The translations under genes and the position numbers were made by a program. A stretch of 64,000 nucleotides of DNA from a virus, in IMG/VR virus record IMGVR_UViG_3300046694_000315, positions 42,047 through 106,046 of that record, one strand, 5' to 3'. Each line of letters starts with the position of its first letter. Position 1 is the stretch's first letter. The notes below the pieces were generated by a model. That model saw only the letters and a list, made by a program, of their open reading frames with translations. It was not told where the DNA came from and ran no database searches. Positions 46,066 to 55,905 of this stretch are shown here, piece by piece.

Positions 46066-46714
46066 GGCGGTCTCCTCCGACGATCGTGAGGTGGGTGAAG
46101 GCCTCCTGGATGAAGGAGCCCATCGTGGGGTTGTAGACGGCGCCCCACTCCCGGGGCGGGAGGTTCGAGGTGACCAGGGTGGGCAGGGCCTCGCGGTGAC
46201 GCTGGCGCAGGAGGGTGTCGAGCAGGCCTTCGGCGTAGCCGGTCTTGGTGCGGTGCTCCTTGCCGACGTCGTCCAGGAGGAGGACGGGGGCCTTCTCGGC
46301 CGCCACGATCTTGTCCTGGATCTCCCACCAGCGGGCGACGGCTTCGGGCTCGTGCCGGTCCTGGAGGCCCATCTTCTCGATGGAGTCCTTCACGAAGTCG
46401 GCGTAGGCCAGCCAGTGGACCGGCAGGCGCTTCTCGAAGTAGACCTCCAGCAGGGTGGCCGTGGCCAGGGAGGTCTTGCCGGTGCCGGGAGGGCCGACGA
46501 ACAGCAGGCCCTTGCCGATCTGGGACCAGTCCTCGGGGTACTGGTCGAGCGGGCGCTTGTCGGTGACGTAGTGGTCGCGCAGGTTGTCGAGCCAGGTCTG
46601 GCAGGCGGCGCGCGGCGCGGCGTCCGCCACGGTATGAAGCCGCAGGTGGCGGTAGTGCGCCGGGATGCCGTACTCCTTCAGGCGCAGGGCGTGGACCCGG
46701 GGGTCTGTCGCCAT
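46055..46714 (-). CDS. DnaC/IstB-like helicase loader ATPase
   Basis: GPPGTGKT, LLLDDVGKE, TLVTSN, GGDRR. Confidence 0.9.
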   Translation of the reverse strand: MATDPRVHALRLKEYGIPAHYRHLRLHTVADAAPRAACQTWLDNLRDHYVTDKRPLDQYPEDWSQIGKGLLFVGPPGTGKTSLATATLLEVYFEKRLPVHWLAYADFVKDSIEKMGLQDRHEPEAVARWWEIQDKIVAAEKAPVLLLDDVGKEHRTKTGYAEGLLDTLLRQRHREALPTLVTSNLPPREWGAVYNPTMGSFIQEAFTHLTIVGGDRRAA

Positions 46715-46836
46715 GGTCGGTACCTCCTGTGGTGGTGGGTCAACGCTCAGCAGGCTACCACAGTTATTGCTTCTCGGATACGCCTTTGGAATGCGTAAGG
46801 GGCGGACCGCCGCAGCAGCCCGCCCCTTCGGGTCGG

Positions 46837-47820
46837 TCAGGACCAGTAGTCCTCGTTGAACCGGTTGTCCTCCATCGCACTGACGGCCTTGCCCAGTCGC
46901 TGGGTCAGCAGCCCACGGGCGGCCAGGAAGTCCTTCCAGGCGACCACGTTGTCCGAGCGCTGCCAGGACGACGACCAGTAGGTGATGATCATCTGGCGGA
47001 TCTCGTCCCGCTCCGTGCCCTGTGCCATCCACCGGCCGAAGTTGCCGGTGAGGGCGGAGAGGTTGGTCGTGCCGGGTACCGGGTGGCCCACCTCCTGGGC
47101 CCTCTTGTCGAAGAACAGGGCCAGTTCCTCTGACGGCCGCGTGGAGCGCTTCCTGGGAGGTCGCTGGACCGGAGGGGCCGGGATGTCCTGCGAGGCCGGG
47201 AGATCGCCGTAGAGACTGAACGACGGGGCGCTCTCCTCCAGGGACTGGGAGACCACGAACGCCGGGTCGAGTTCCCTCTCCGCCTGAGCCTGCTCTTCGG
47301 CCACCTGCTTCCGGGACTTCTTCCGGCCGCCACGCTTGGGTGCCGCGACGGCCCCCCAGCCCTTGGCTCCTGGCCTGGTCACAGGTTCGTCTTGCAGGGC
47401 GTCGCCCTGGAGATACGAAGTATCTCTATTACTTCTAGTAGGGATATTGGGGTTGGGTGAAAACTTCGACACAGGGGGTGCAGATTCTGCACTGCTCAGG
47501 GGTGCAGAATCTGCACTCGGGGAGGTCACCGACCACTCCGCCACCGGCTTGATACGCCGGACCACGGACTTGTAGCGCAGGGCTTCCACGGGCACCTCGT
47601 CGTCCGGCACGTGCTCGACGACCCCCTGCTCCTCCAGGGTCGCCAGCGAGGCGTACGCCTGCCGCTTGGAGACGCGCGCCTTGCCCGCGATGGTGTCGGC
47701 GGACTCCCAGCACATGCGGTGGGTGTCGTTGGCGGCGTCGGCCAGCGCGAGCAGCACCAGGCGGGTGGCCAGGCGCGTGTCGGAGTACGAGAACACCTCG
47801 GACATGATCAGGATGCTCAC
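46837..47820 (-). CDS. replication initiator (N-terminal winged HTH)
   Basis: RLVLLALADAAND...CWESADTIA...LATLEEQG; upstream of loader, helicase and primase. Confidence 0.8.
   Translation of the reverse strand: MSILIMSEVFSYSDTRLATRLVLLALADAANDTHRMCWESADTIAGKARVSKRQAYASLATLEEQGVVEHVPDDEVPVEALRYKSVVRRIKPVAEWSVTSPSADSAPLSSAESAPPVSKFSPNPNIPTRSNRDTSYLQGDALQDEPVTRPGAKGWGAVAAPKRGGRKKSRKQVAEEQAQAERELDPAFVVSQSLEESAPSFSLYGDLPASQDIPAPPVQRPPRKRSTRPSEELALFFDKRAQEVGHPVPGTTNLSALTGNFGRWMAQGTERDEIRQMIITYWSSSWQRSDNVVAWKDFLAARGLLTQRLGKAVSAMEDNRFNEDYWS
47473..47517. repeat. two palindromic iteron-like repeats inside the initiator gene
   Basis: GTGCAGATTCTGCAC (47478-47492) and GTGCAGAATCTGCAC (47502-47516), 24-bp period, next to AT-rich 47410-47465. 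Confidence 0.75.
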
Positions 47821-47915
47821 TCGGCGACTCCGAGGAAGCGATAAGTATGAAGCGATATCCCCATGCTAGGGTCTCTCTCATCTCGGGGTTTGTGGTGGGC
47901 CTCGGGGTGTGGTGG

Positions 47916-47975
47916 GCAAAGGCCCCCGGCAGTGGCTTGTAGGTCTTGAACCTCGCCAGCGCCGGGGGCCTTTGC
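47916..47975. terminator. long hairpin (terminator or attenuator)
   Basis: GCAAAGGCCCCCGGC / GCCGGGGGCCTTTGC with nested pairing. Confidence 0.65.
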
Positions 47976-47980
47976 GTTAC

Positions 47981-49219
47981 TCACTCCGAGTCGAAGTCGA
48001 GGCCCTTCTCCTCGATCTCCGCCCGCGTCAACTGGACGACCTTCTGTCCGGCCGGGATCCGGCCACGGCCGCGACGGCTGTAGTTGCCCTCGTCGTCGAC
48101 CAGGTAGGCGAACGTCTTGGTCTCGTCACGCGGACGGCCACGGCGACGGCGCGGGGTCGACTCCTCTTCCTCCTGCTCCTCGGCGGCCGGAGCCTCCGAG
48201 GCCTTCTCCTGCTGGGCGGCGTCGCCCAGGGTATGAAGCGCCTTTCGGAGCAGTTCGGTCAGCGGGCGCTCGCGCACGTCGGCCTGGTTGATGACCGCGT
48301 TGCGCTCGTCCTCCAGTCGGAAGGCGTTGTAGGCACCCTCCAAAGCGGCGCGCACGAGGAGCAGGTCGATCTCCGTGTCCGGGACCGCCTTGGCGGCCTC
48401 CTGCTGCGCCTTGTGCTGCGCTCGGGCGACCTCCTGCTCCAGGCTCTCCTGGTTCTGGATGTCCTCCTCGACCGGGTCTGCCTCCGGCTCGGGCTCCGGC
48501 TGGGCCTTGCGGCGACCGCGACGCTTCGGCGCCTCCGGCTCGGGCTCCGGCTGCGGCTCCGGCTGCGCTTCCGGCTCGTCCTCCGTCAGCGGCTCCTCTT
48601 CCACCTCGACCGGCTCCGGCTCGGCACGGCGACCGCGACGGCGGCCACGCTTCGGCGCCTCCGGCTCGGGCTCCGGCTCGGGCTCGGGAGCGGCCTCGGC
48701 CTCGGGCTCGGGCTCGGGCTCGGGCTCGCTGGCGAAGGAGATGTCGTCGAGTCCGGCCGTGAGGTCCTTCGCCTTGATCCCGGCGGCCTCGGCCGCGTCC
48801 AGAAGGAGTTCGGCTTCCTCGCTGCCCTCGTCGCCCCACAGGAGGATGACGTGGGCGTCGCCGACGCTGTCGGCCTTCTTCAGCAGGTCGACGATCCCGG
48901 CGGTGACGTTGGCCGTGCGCACGACCTCCTCGGCGTCCTTGAGGATGGAGTCCACGGCCCGGCTCTTCTCGCCGTCGGTGACCGCGATGAACGGGATGTC
49001 CGCGTACTCCGACCACTCCAGCACGGCCTCCAGGCCGTCGGACAGGTGCTTCTTGGTGATCGGCAGGATGAGGGTGACTTCCCGCTCGGTGGGCTCGGGG
49101 AAGCCGTCGGCGTCGTCCTCGCCCAGGCCGACGAAGTCGTTCAGCAGAGCCTTGACGTTGTCGATGTCGGTGTCGGCGGAGCCAGCGAAGGCGAGGGCGA
49201 TGGGGTCGGTGCTGCTCAA
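47981..49219 (-). CDS. acidic Pro/Glu-rich protein with AT-hook/Lsr2-like basic motifs
   Basis: probable TTG start 49219 after GGAG; EPEPE tracts; RRRGRPR and RGRIP. Confidence 0.75.
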   Translation of the reverse strand: MSSTDPIALAFAGSADTDIDNVKALLNDFVGLGEDDADGFPEPTEREVTLILPITKKHLSDGLEAVLEWSEYADIPFIAVTDGEKSRAVDSILKDAEEVVRTANVTAGIVDLLKKADSVGDAHVILLWGDEGSEEAELLLDAAEAAGIKAKDLTAGLDDISFASEPEPEPEPEAEAAPEPEPEPEPEAPKRGRRRGRRAEPEPVEVEEEPLTEDEPEAQPEPQPEPEPEAPKRRGRRKAQPEPEPEADPVEEDIQNQESLEQEVARAQHKAQQEAAKAVPDTEIDLLLVRAALEGAYNAFRLEDERNAVINQADVRERPLTELLRKALHTLGDAAQQEKASEAPAAEEQEEEESTPRRRRGRPRDETKTFAYLVDDEGNYSRRGRGRIPAGQKVVQLTRAEIEEKGLDFDSE

Positions 49220-49290
49220 GTCTGCTCCAGGTGTGGTGTGTTTGCCGCCTTGATCGGCGACGAGGAAGACGTTACCGGTTACGGCTTCTA

Positions 49291-49326
49291 AAAGCAAGAA
49301 ATCCCCGCTTGTCTAGCGGAGATTTC
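49291..49326 (-). terminator. terminator after the structural operon
   Basis: GAAATCTCCGCT / AGCGGGGATTTC followed by TTGCTTTT. Confidence 0.65.
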
Positions 49327-49340
49327 AAGTGGCTTGACAA

Positions 49341-49625
49341 TCAGGGCAGGTCGGGGACCCTCCGGCCGGTGGACGGATGCCTGCGGGGAAGTCTCAGCGG
49401 CGGTGCCTCCGTCCCCCCGCGCACCTGGAGATGCAGCAGCGCCACCGCGCCCGCAGCCGCCACGGCGGCCAGCCACGGGACAGGCAGCCGCTGGGCCTCA
49501 TAGGCCAGGCCGACCACAGCGAGCGGCTGGAGCCCGGCCGGAAGGGAGAAGGGCAGGACGACGAGCAGCCACTCCCACGCCGTGAACGTGGCGAGGGCGA
49601 TCAGCGCGAAACGCAACCAGTCCAT
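49341..49625 (-). CDS. membrane protein
   Basis: multiple hydrophobic segments. Confidence 0.65.
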   Translation of the reverse strand: MDWLRFALIALATFTAWEWLLVVLPFSLPAGLQPLAVVGLAYEAQRLPVPWLAAVAAAGAVALLHLQVRGGTEAPPLRLPRRHPSTGRRVPDLP

Positions 49626-49628
49626 GGC

Positions 49629-50156
49629 TCAGACCGCCGACGCGGTGAGGTCGATGGACTTCGACAAGGCGGCAGCCGGGCCCGGGACCTCGGCCACGTC
49701 CGCGACTGCCTGTGGCAGGGTGCGCCGCAGGACGGACTCCAGGGCCGTGACGATCTGCTGGACGGCCTCTGCGCTCAAGGCGTTGCTGCTGGCCGGGACG
49801 ACGGCGCTCTCCTCGACGTACTCCTCGACGGTCCCGGACGGGATATGAAGCCGGATCTCCGCCTCCGCGATCAGCGTGTTCTGGAGCCGGGCGAACCAGG
49901 AGTACTTCTTCAGCAGCGAGTGGTAGAAGGTCGTGCCGGACACCCACGCCAGGAACGCGGCGACGACGGCGGGCGCCCAGTAGAAGTGCTGGGGGTGCGC
50001 CTGGTAGACGGCCCAGAATCCGGTGGCAACCGCTAGGACGGCATGCGCCGCTCCCTTGACTGTGCTGTTGGTGGACGGCTTGGAGAACAGAGCGACCACG
50101 GCCGGTAGGCCCAGGCCGACGACGAGGGAGGACACGTCGGCGTAGTTGGTGAACAT
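49629..50156 (-). CDS. holin-like membrane protein
   Basis: three N-terminal TM segments, soluble tail; follows tail genes. Confidence 0.55.
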   Translation of the reverse strand: MFTNYADVSSLVVGLGLPAVVALFSKPSTNSTVKGAAHAVLAVATGFWAVYQAHPQHFYWAPAVVAAFLAWVSGTTFYHSLLKKYSWFARLQNTLIAEAEIRLHIPSGTVEEYVEESAVVPASSNALSAEAVQQIVTALESVLRRTLPQAVADVAEVPGPAAALSKSIDLTASAV

Positions 50157-50179
50157 GCTTGTCCTTTACGGGTTGGTGG

Positions 50180-51400
50180 TTACTGGGTGGGGAGTACGGC
50201 ATATTGCGGAATCGCGGCACTGATTCCCAAAGGCGTATTCTCGTCGAGCAGTGTGCGGATGAGGTAACTCCGCTCGACCCGGTTCTCGTAGTAGTAGGAG
50301 CGGGTCAGGTTCGTCGTACCGCCGGTCTCCCACAGATAGTCCGCGCCCATGGAGCCGTCGAAGTAGTCCCGTACGGCCGCGCCCTCTTCGATCAGCACAC
50401 CGTCGACCCAGAAGATGCTCGCCAGGCCCGGCGTCATCGTGCCGTGCAGAACGTTCATACCGAGGTACAGCGTGGACGTAGTCGGGGTGAAGGTGACCAT
50501 CATCGTGCGCCAGCGCTTGTTGCCCGGGTCGATGGCGTTGGCTGCCTGCGCCCACGTCTTGGAGGCGTGCTGAGTCGACCCGGCTCCTGCCCACGGTGCG
50601 ATGGCCCCGCAGCCCTGCGCGATGGCCACCTTCGCCGAGAACGTGTACGTGCGGCCCGGGATCAGTCCGGACACCGGGAAGGCGATCCCCGAGTCAGCAG
50701 GAGCCCCCGCTGGGACCGTCACCTTGAGGGCCTGCGTGCCCTTCCAGCAGAAGGCGTCCGCCGCGAGGGTCGCCGTCCCGGTGGACCCGTACCCAGTGAT
50801 GCCGGACTCGAAGTTGGGGTTGCTCGCGTAGTTGAGCCGGGTCGGCTTGATGACGACCTGGATCGTGCGGGCGTTCTGGTAAGCGCTCGGACCGGTCGCG
50901 CCCAGGGGAAGCGGCTCGAACTGCACCGCGTCGAGGATCTGGTGCTTGTTCGCCGACATGCTGGTGAACTTGAACCCGACGGCCGCGTACGCCGCCCTCT
51001 TCCAGGCGTAGCCGCCACCGGATACGGGGTAGTCGGCCGGGCCGGTGAATGCGGCGTACTGGCGCGTGTAGGAGCCCGCAGCACCCGAGGTGAGTGCACC
51101 GCTGGTGATGCCGACGCGTGCCATGGCCGGGTCGACGCCGAGGTAGGGGTAGTGGGCGAAGTCCTTGAACGCTGCGGCCGGTGACTTGACGCCCGCCTTG
51201 AGATGACCCTGCACCACCACCTGCCCGGCCATCGGCCTGAGCGGCTTGGGGCGCGGGATCTTGATGGCGAGGCGGCCGTCGATCTTGACGTCGCCGTCCA
51301 GCCGGGGACCGTACGTCTTGAACTGCTTGATGACGATGCCACCGGAGACCCCGAAGACCGGCGCGAAGTCGTCGTCGTTGACGAAGGTGATGTTCGGCAT
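50180..51400 (-). CDS. minor tail protein with carbohydrate-binding-like domain
   Basis: NYASNPNFE...YTFSA...DGVLIEEG...YFDG. Confidence 0.7.
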   Translation of the reverse strand: MPNITFVNDDDFAPVFGVSGGIVIKQFKTYGPRLDGDVKIDGRLAIKIPRPKPLRPMAGQVVVQGHLKAGVKSPAAAFKDFAHYPYLGVDPAMARVGITSGALTSGAAGSYTRQYAAFTGPADYPVSGGGYAWKRAAYAAVGFKFTSMSANKHQILDAVQFEPLPLGATGPSAYQNARTIQVVIKPTRLNYASNPNFESGITGYGSTGTATLAADAFCWKGTQALKVTVPAGAPADSGIAFPVSGLIPGRTYTFSAKVAIAQGCGAIAPWAGAGSTQHASKTWAQAANAIDPGNKRWRTMMVTFTPTTSTLYLGMNVLHGTMTPGLASIFWVDGVLIEEGAAVRDYFDGSMGADYLWETGGTTNLTRSYYYENRVERSYLIRTLLDENTPLGISAAIPQYAVLPTQ

Positions 51401-53382
51401 CAGGTGACCGCCATTCCGACCTTGGTGGCAGTACTGAGAGTCGCGTCAGTGATCGAGAGCACCTGTGTTCCGTTCCTTTTCACGATGATGTTCGAGCCGG
51501 AGTAGGAGACCGTGACGCGGTCGCCGTCGGTGAAGGTCTGCGAGTACGGGAAGGTGGCTGCGACCGCACCGGAGGCGATGCGATACAGGGCGGTGCGCCC
51601 GGCTCGCCAGTAGTTGGTTGCGTCCTGGAGCCGGAAGACGACGCCCTGCTTGAGGGTGTTGCCGGGGTTGGTCAGGAACGTCGCCGACACCGTGCCGTCC
51701 GCGTGGCCGGGGATCGTGGCGATCGAGGCCGTGGCGCCGACCGGGTAGGCCGAGCCGCCCCCGTACCCACCGGAGGTCCACTGGCCCAGCGTCTCGGTCC
51801 AGGAGGCCGCACCGAGGTCCGTGGTGCGTGCGGTCCAGTCGGCCCAGCCCTGGGTGAAGGAGTCGAAGACGTTGTAGGCCGGGACCGCATCGGAGTACAG
51901 CGCGGTGATCAGGGCACCGTGGTCGTCGTAGTACTCGACGAACGGGTACACCGCGACCCGCTCGCCGGAGTAGGCCTGCGTGTAGCCGGACAGGCACATC
52001 TGGACACGCTCGTCGTACCCGAGCGGCTGCCACTGCGCGTTCGCGGTCGGGGTGTCCGGCGGGGTGACGTTGATGCTCGCCGTGAGGGCCTGGTACACGC
52101 GGCCGTGGAACACCACGAGGTCGCCGGGCTGGTAGTAGACGTCGTTGTCCCAGTCCTGGGAGGCGTACGGCAGCGGAATGCCGAACAGCACCGGCTGCTG
52201 CGGGTCCATCGTGGACTGCCCGGAGATGCGGCCTACCGAGCGCACGCCCATCGTGGCGACCGCGCTGCCGGAGTTGGTGTTGCGCACCCACAGGGCGTTC
52301 CCAGCGTTGTCGTCGGGGTTGGTCGGGTTCTGCACACCGATGCCCACCAGGACGCCGTTGGTTCCCGGGGTGACGCCTGCGGTGAAGGAGATCTCCTCCC
52401 ACCCCGCCACGTGCCCGTTGCTGTCCACCAGCGTGGTGTCGGTGCCGTAGGTGACCGAGTTCCAGTAGGTGTTGTTCGCGGCCGTGCCGGAGGGCTTCTG
52501 CGCCGTGCCATAGGCGCCGCTGCTGTTGGCCTTGTAGAGGTAGGTGCCGAACGCGACGATCTCCCCCGAGGCGTAGTTCACCCCGGAGTCCCACTGCGGG
52601 AAGGTGGGGTGGTCGAAGTCGGCCTGGTCGTCGGAGAGCATGAGGTTGCCGCCCAGACGCAGGTCGGCGTCGTAGCCGGTGGTCTCGGAGATGATCGAGC
52701 GGATCTGCTCCAGGGTGCCCTTCTGCCGCCCGAGGGTGGCTGCGTCCCGCACGCGCTGGCGGAAGAGGTAGGCCGGGGTGGACGCCTCGTACTGGATCCC
52801 GAACTGCTCGGCGATCTGCGCGACGCTCTCGTAGCGCGTGCGCATGGCGTCGTTGGTGTACCGGTTGGAGTCGTAGTAGCTCTTCACCATGTCGAAGCCG
52901 AAGCCGAAGATGGCGAGGAACGGGGCCAGGTAGGGGTTGAGCGTGTTGGAGTCGTCGGTGACGTTGTTGCCGGGGGCGACGTCGACCTTGTAGTAGTCCG
53001 GGACCAGCGAGTACAGCAGGTCGGCGTAGCCGTTGTCCTTCGGCATGAGGGTCGAGACGGTACCTGCGCGGCTCCACCGGCCGGAGGCCTTGATGAAGAC
53101 GGTGTAGTACAGCCAGTGTCCACCGACAACTCCCTTGTCGATGAAGGAAGTTGCGGTGTGCGTCTGGTCGAGGAGGATCTCGCCGTCGTTCTCGTTGACC
53201 GCCCAGCCGTAGCGGTTGCGGATCAGCCGCAGGGTGTCCCACGTTCCGGCCGGGGCCTTCCAGTCCAGGAGCACGGTGGAGTAGTCCACGGGCGTGGCTG
53301 TGAACGGGCTGACGTCGAACTCGGGATGGATGTCCGTCCCGTACTTCGAGAGCCCGTAGAAGGAGATGCCGTAGGTTCCCAC
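51400..53382 (-). CDS. baseplate wedge / tail protein (P2 gpI-like N-terminus, chitin-binding-like repeats)
   Basis: FLAIFGFGFD...RQKGTLEQIR; W.....Y..G..V.F.G..Y.A repeats. Confidence 0.75.
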   Translation of the reverse strand: MGTYGISFYGLSKYGTDIHPEFDVSPFTATPVDYSTVLLDWKAPAGTWDTLRLIRNRYGWAVNENDGEILLDQTHTATSFIDKGVVGGHWLYYTVFIKASGRWSRAGTVSTLMPKDNGYADLLYSLVPDYYKVDVAPGNNVTDDSNTLNPYLAPFLAIFGFGFDMVKSYYDSNRYTNDAMRTRYESVAQIAEQFGIQYEASTPAYLFRQRVRDAATLGRQKGTLEQIRSIISETTGYDADLRLGGNLMLSDDQADFDHPTFPQWDSGVNYASGEIVAFGTYLYKANSSGAYGTAQKPSGTAANNTYWNSVTYGTDTTLVDSNGHVAGWEEISFTAGVTPGTNGVLVGIGVQNPTNPDDNAGNALWVRNTNSGSAVATMGVRSVGRISGQSTMDPQQPVLFGIPLPYASQDWDNDVYYQPGDLVVFHGRVYQALTASINVTPPDTPTANAQWQPLGYDERVQMCLSGYTQAYSGERVAVYPFVEYYDDHGALITALYSDAVPAYNVFDSFTQGWADWTARTTDLGAASWTETLGQWTSGGYGGGSAYPVGATASIATIPGHADGTVSATFLTNPGNTLKQGVVFRLQDATNYWRAGRTALYRIASGAVAATFPYSQTFTDGDRVTVSYSGSNIIVKRNGTQVLSITDATLSTATKVGMAVT

Positions 53383-53385
53383 TGC

Positions 53386-54021
53386 TTACGCCTCCCGCAG
53401 CATCGCGGCGCTCAGTTGCAGGCTCTGAAGCGACAGCGTCTTGCCCGTGAGGGGGTGGTAGACGGACAGGTCGATGGCCTTGCCTGCGGTGACCCAGCCC
53501 TGCCAGCCGATGTGCATGTGGCTGTTGCCGTCGGAGATCGGCGGGAGGTCCTGAGACATGACCGTCGAGCCGCCGACGGCGATGTTGATCTGCCGGTCGG
53601 CGCCGGTCGCGAGGGAGCCCTTGGCGTTGTACCAGAGCACGCGGCCGAAGACGATCCACCAGCCGGAGCGGTTGGCGGTGATCGAGTGCCCGTTGAACAG
53701 TCCCTCCGGGTCGAAGGACGCGGCTGGTCTGGCGAAGGAGATCACCTTGGTGGCGTCGCCCTTGACGGTGTCGGCGGACTTGGAGAGGTAACAGGCCGGT
53801 ATGCCCTTGCCACGCTGCACCGCGTCGAGGCGGGTGGCGACGGAGGCCCAGGTGTTGGTCTTCATCTTCAGCGCGGTGTCCTGGTGCGGGTTGATGCCCA
53901 GGGTCTGCTGAATCGCCACGACCTCGTCCTGGAGGTTGTTCACGTGGCTGGCGTCGATGTCCTCGACGAGGTTCTTGTGGACGGTGAACGACTTGTACTG
54001 GTGCGGGTAGACGGCGGCCAT
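53386..54021 (-). CDS. minor tail protein
   Basis: ATG 54021; DASHVNNLQDEVVAIQQTLG. Confidence 0.7.
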   Translation of the reverse strand: MAAVYPHQYKSFTVHKNLVEDIDASHVNNLQDEVVAIQQTLGINPHQDTALKMKTNTWASVATRLDAVQRGKGIPACYLSKSADTVKGDATKVISFARPAASFDPEGLFNGHSITANRSGWWIVFGRVLWYNAKGSLATGADRQINIAVGGSTVMSQDLPPISDGNSHMHIGWQGWVTAGKAIDLSVYHPLTGKTLSLQSLQLSAAMLREA

Positions 54022-55493
54022 CAGCCGATCCCTCCGGTCATGGTGATGTTGGAGATGTCTCCGACCTTGGGGATTTCCCAGGCGCGGAAGACAACGTCGG
54101 CGGTGCCGGTCTGTGCGGCGTCGGCTCGGGCGATCATCGGGATGCTGGCGTAGCGCACGCCGTCGACCGCGAGCAGGGCCTTGTAGAAGTCGGAGAGGGT
54201 CAGGCGCATACCGAAGTCGACGTTGGCGAACGACAGCATGTTCTTGAGTGCCTGCTGCACGTCGTAGAGGACCGAGGCTCGGGAGTAGCGGGGCCAGCAC
54301 TCGACGACGATGGGGTTGGCGGCGGTGCCGATGTTCACGCCGACCACGGAAGGGCCCGCGACGGTGACGGTGGCTCCGGCCAGCGCCTTGGACTGGAGGG
54401 TGCTCTGGACGTTCTGGAGGTTGGTCGCGCTGGGCTGGCCTCCGTCGGAGCCGATGACGTACACCGAGACGCTGGTGTACGTCGAGGCGACCGCGTTGGC
54501 ACGGACGATGCCCGGGATGGTCAGCGCGAGGTCGGAGAAGTCCTGGAGGGTGACGCAGCGGTCCTGGGTGCGGAAGATGCGCGGGGCGTTGGCGCGGATC
54601 TGGTCGTTGGTCTCGGGGTCGGCCCCGCCGGTCATGGCCGAGGAGATCGCACCGCCGTCCGCGTTCTGAGCGATGGTGACGCCCGGCAGGTTGGAGGCGG
54701 ACAGCGCGTTCACGACGCCCGCGTTGACGTTGCCGATCGCTCCTCCACCCACGCGGTAGGTCGCGTAGATGGTCAACTGGTTCGTCGGGATAGCACCGTT
54801 CAGGTTGTCGCCGAAGCGGATCCACGTGGCGCCGGAGTCGTCGAGGAACGTCGTGAAGACGCGGTCGGAGGGGTCGGCGTCGACCAAGTACGTGATGTAC
54901 GTCCACTCGGTCAGGGTGTCGACGTCGTCCACGAAGACCTGCACGGTGCCGTTGATGACGGGCACGTCGGGCAGCCGGAACTCCTGCACGGGCAGACCCG
55001 AGCTGGTGCCGACGTTGACCTGGGTGCGAGTGACTCCCTGGGTGACGGGGACCGTGGCCTTGCCGCCGTTGACGGGCACGAGGATGTCCGAGTCGGTCTC
55101 GTACGTGATCGGAGCGTCGATGGCCTCGATGTAGTCGGTGACGACCTGGGTGCCCGCAGGCACGAGGACGGCCGGGCCCGGGTTGGACGTCTGGAAGGTG
55201 ACCGTGCCGGTGGCCGGGACGCCGTTGCTCGGGGTGTAGCCGAGCAGGTCGGCGATCTGGAGCAGCGACAGGCGCTGCGTCGCGGTCGGCAGGAACGCTT
55301 CCTGCTGGAGCCGGTCGCCGTAGTAGGACAGGCTGTCTCCGAGGTAGGAGAACAGCTCGACCATGAGCACACCGAAGTCGCCCTCGGAGCCGGGCACCCA
55401 CTGCGGGAACTTGCGGGCGGCGTAGTCCATCAGGGAGGCCTTGAAGCCCTCGTAGTCCCTGCTGGTGTAATCGATCGCCGGTACGTCAGCCAC
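54021..55493 (-). CDS. baseplate J-like protein
   Basis: IDYTSRDYE, LGYTP, IRFGD, YRVGGG, GGADPET, RCVTLQDF. Confidence 0.9.
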   Translation of the reverse strand: MADVPAIDYTSRDYEGFKASLMDYAARKFPQWVPGSEGDFGVLMVELFSYLGDSLSYYGDRLQQEAFLPTATQRLSLLQIADLLGYTPSNGVPATGTVTFQTSNPGPAVLVPAGTQVVTDYIEAIDAPITYETDSDILVPVNGGKATVPVTQGVTRTQVNVGTSSGLPVQEFRLPDVPVINGTVQVFVDDVDTLTEWTYITYLVDADPSDRVFTTFLDDSGATWIRFGDNLNGAIPTNQLTIYATYRVGGGAIGNVNAGVVNALSASNLPGVTIAQNADGGAISSAMTGGADPETNDQIRANAPRIFRTQDRCVTLQDFSDLALTIPGIVRANAVASTYTSVSVYVIGSDGGQPSATNLQNVQSTLQSKALAGATVTVAGPSVVGVNIGTAANPIVVECWPRYSRASVLYDVQQALKNMLSFANVDFGMRLTLSDFYKALLAVDGVRYASIPMIARADAAQTGTADVVFRAWEIPKVGDISNITMTGGIG

Positions 55494-55905
55494 TGATGAC
55501 CTCGCTTACGGTGCCGCCCACACGGACCACGGCGGTGTTGGTCTGGAGCGACAGGCTGGAAGGGGACGACCCGGCCTCGCGGCGCATGTAGTCGACCTCG
55601 ATACGAGCGAGGGACAACTGAGAGGCGTCCGGAATCGGGGTCGCCTTCTGGAGAACCACGCCGGGCTCATACGTATTGAACGCAGCCGTCACGGCGCGGC
55701 TGATTTCCTGAGCGACAAAGGACGCATCAGGGTCGAAAAGCAGATCAGCCACGGGAACCCCGTAATCCGGGAGCATGACCCGCTCCCCCGGCTGAGTGCC
55801 GACGAGTGCGTGTACATGCTGGGCGATCTGCCTGTCCGGACTCGTCTCGACGGCGATAGTCCCGTCGGACGCTAGGCGAAATGGAACTGCAATCTCGGTA
55901 GGCAT
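55486..55905 (-). CDS. baseplate wedge gp25/GPW-like protein
   Basis: LVGTQPGERVMLPDYG...LLF...YEP. Confidence 0.9.
   Translation of the reverse strand: MPTEIAVPFRLASDGTIAVETSPDRQIAQHVHALVGTQPGERVMLPDYGVPVADLLFDPDASFVAQEISRAVTAAFNTYEPGVVLQKATPIPDASQLSLARIEVDYMRREAGSSPSSLSLQTNTAVVRVGGTVSEVISG

Noticed and set aside
48480-48730. GGCTCG-type tandem repeats
   Set aside because: They encode the Glu-Pro linker of the 47981-49219 protein; not a separate DNA element.
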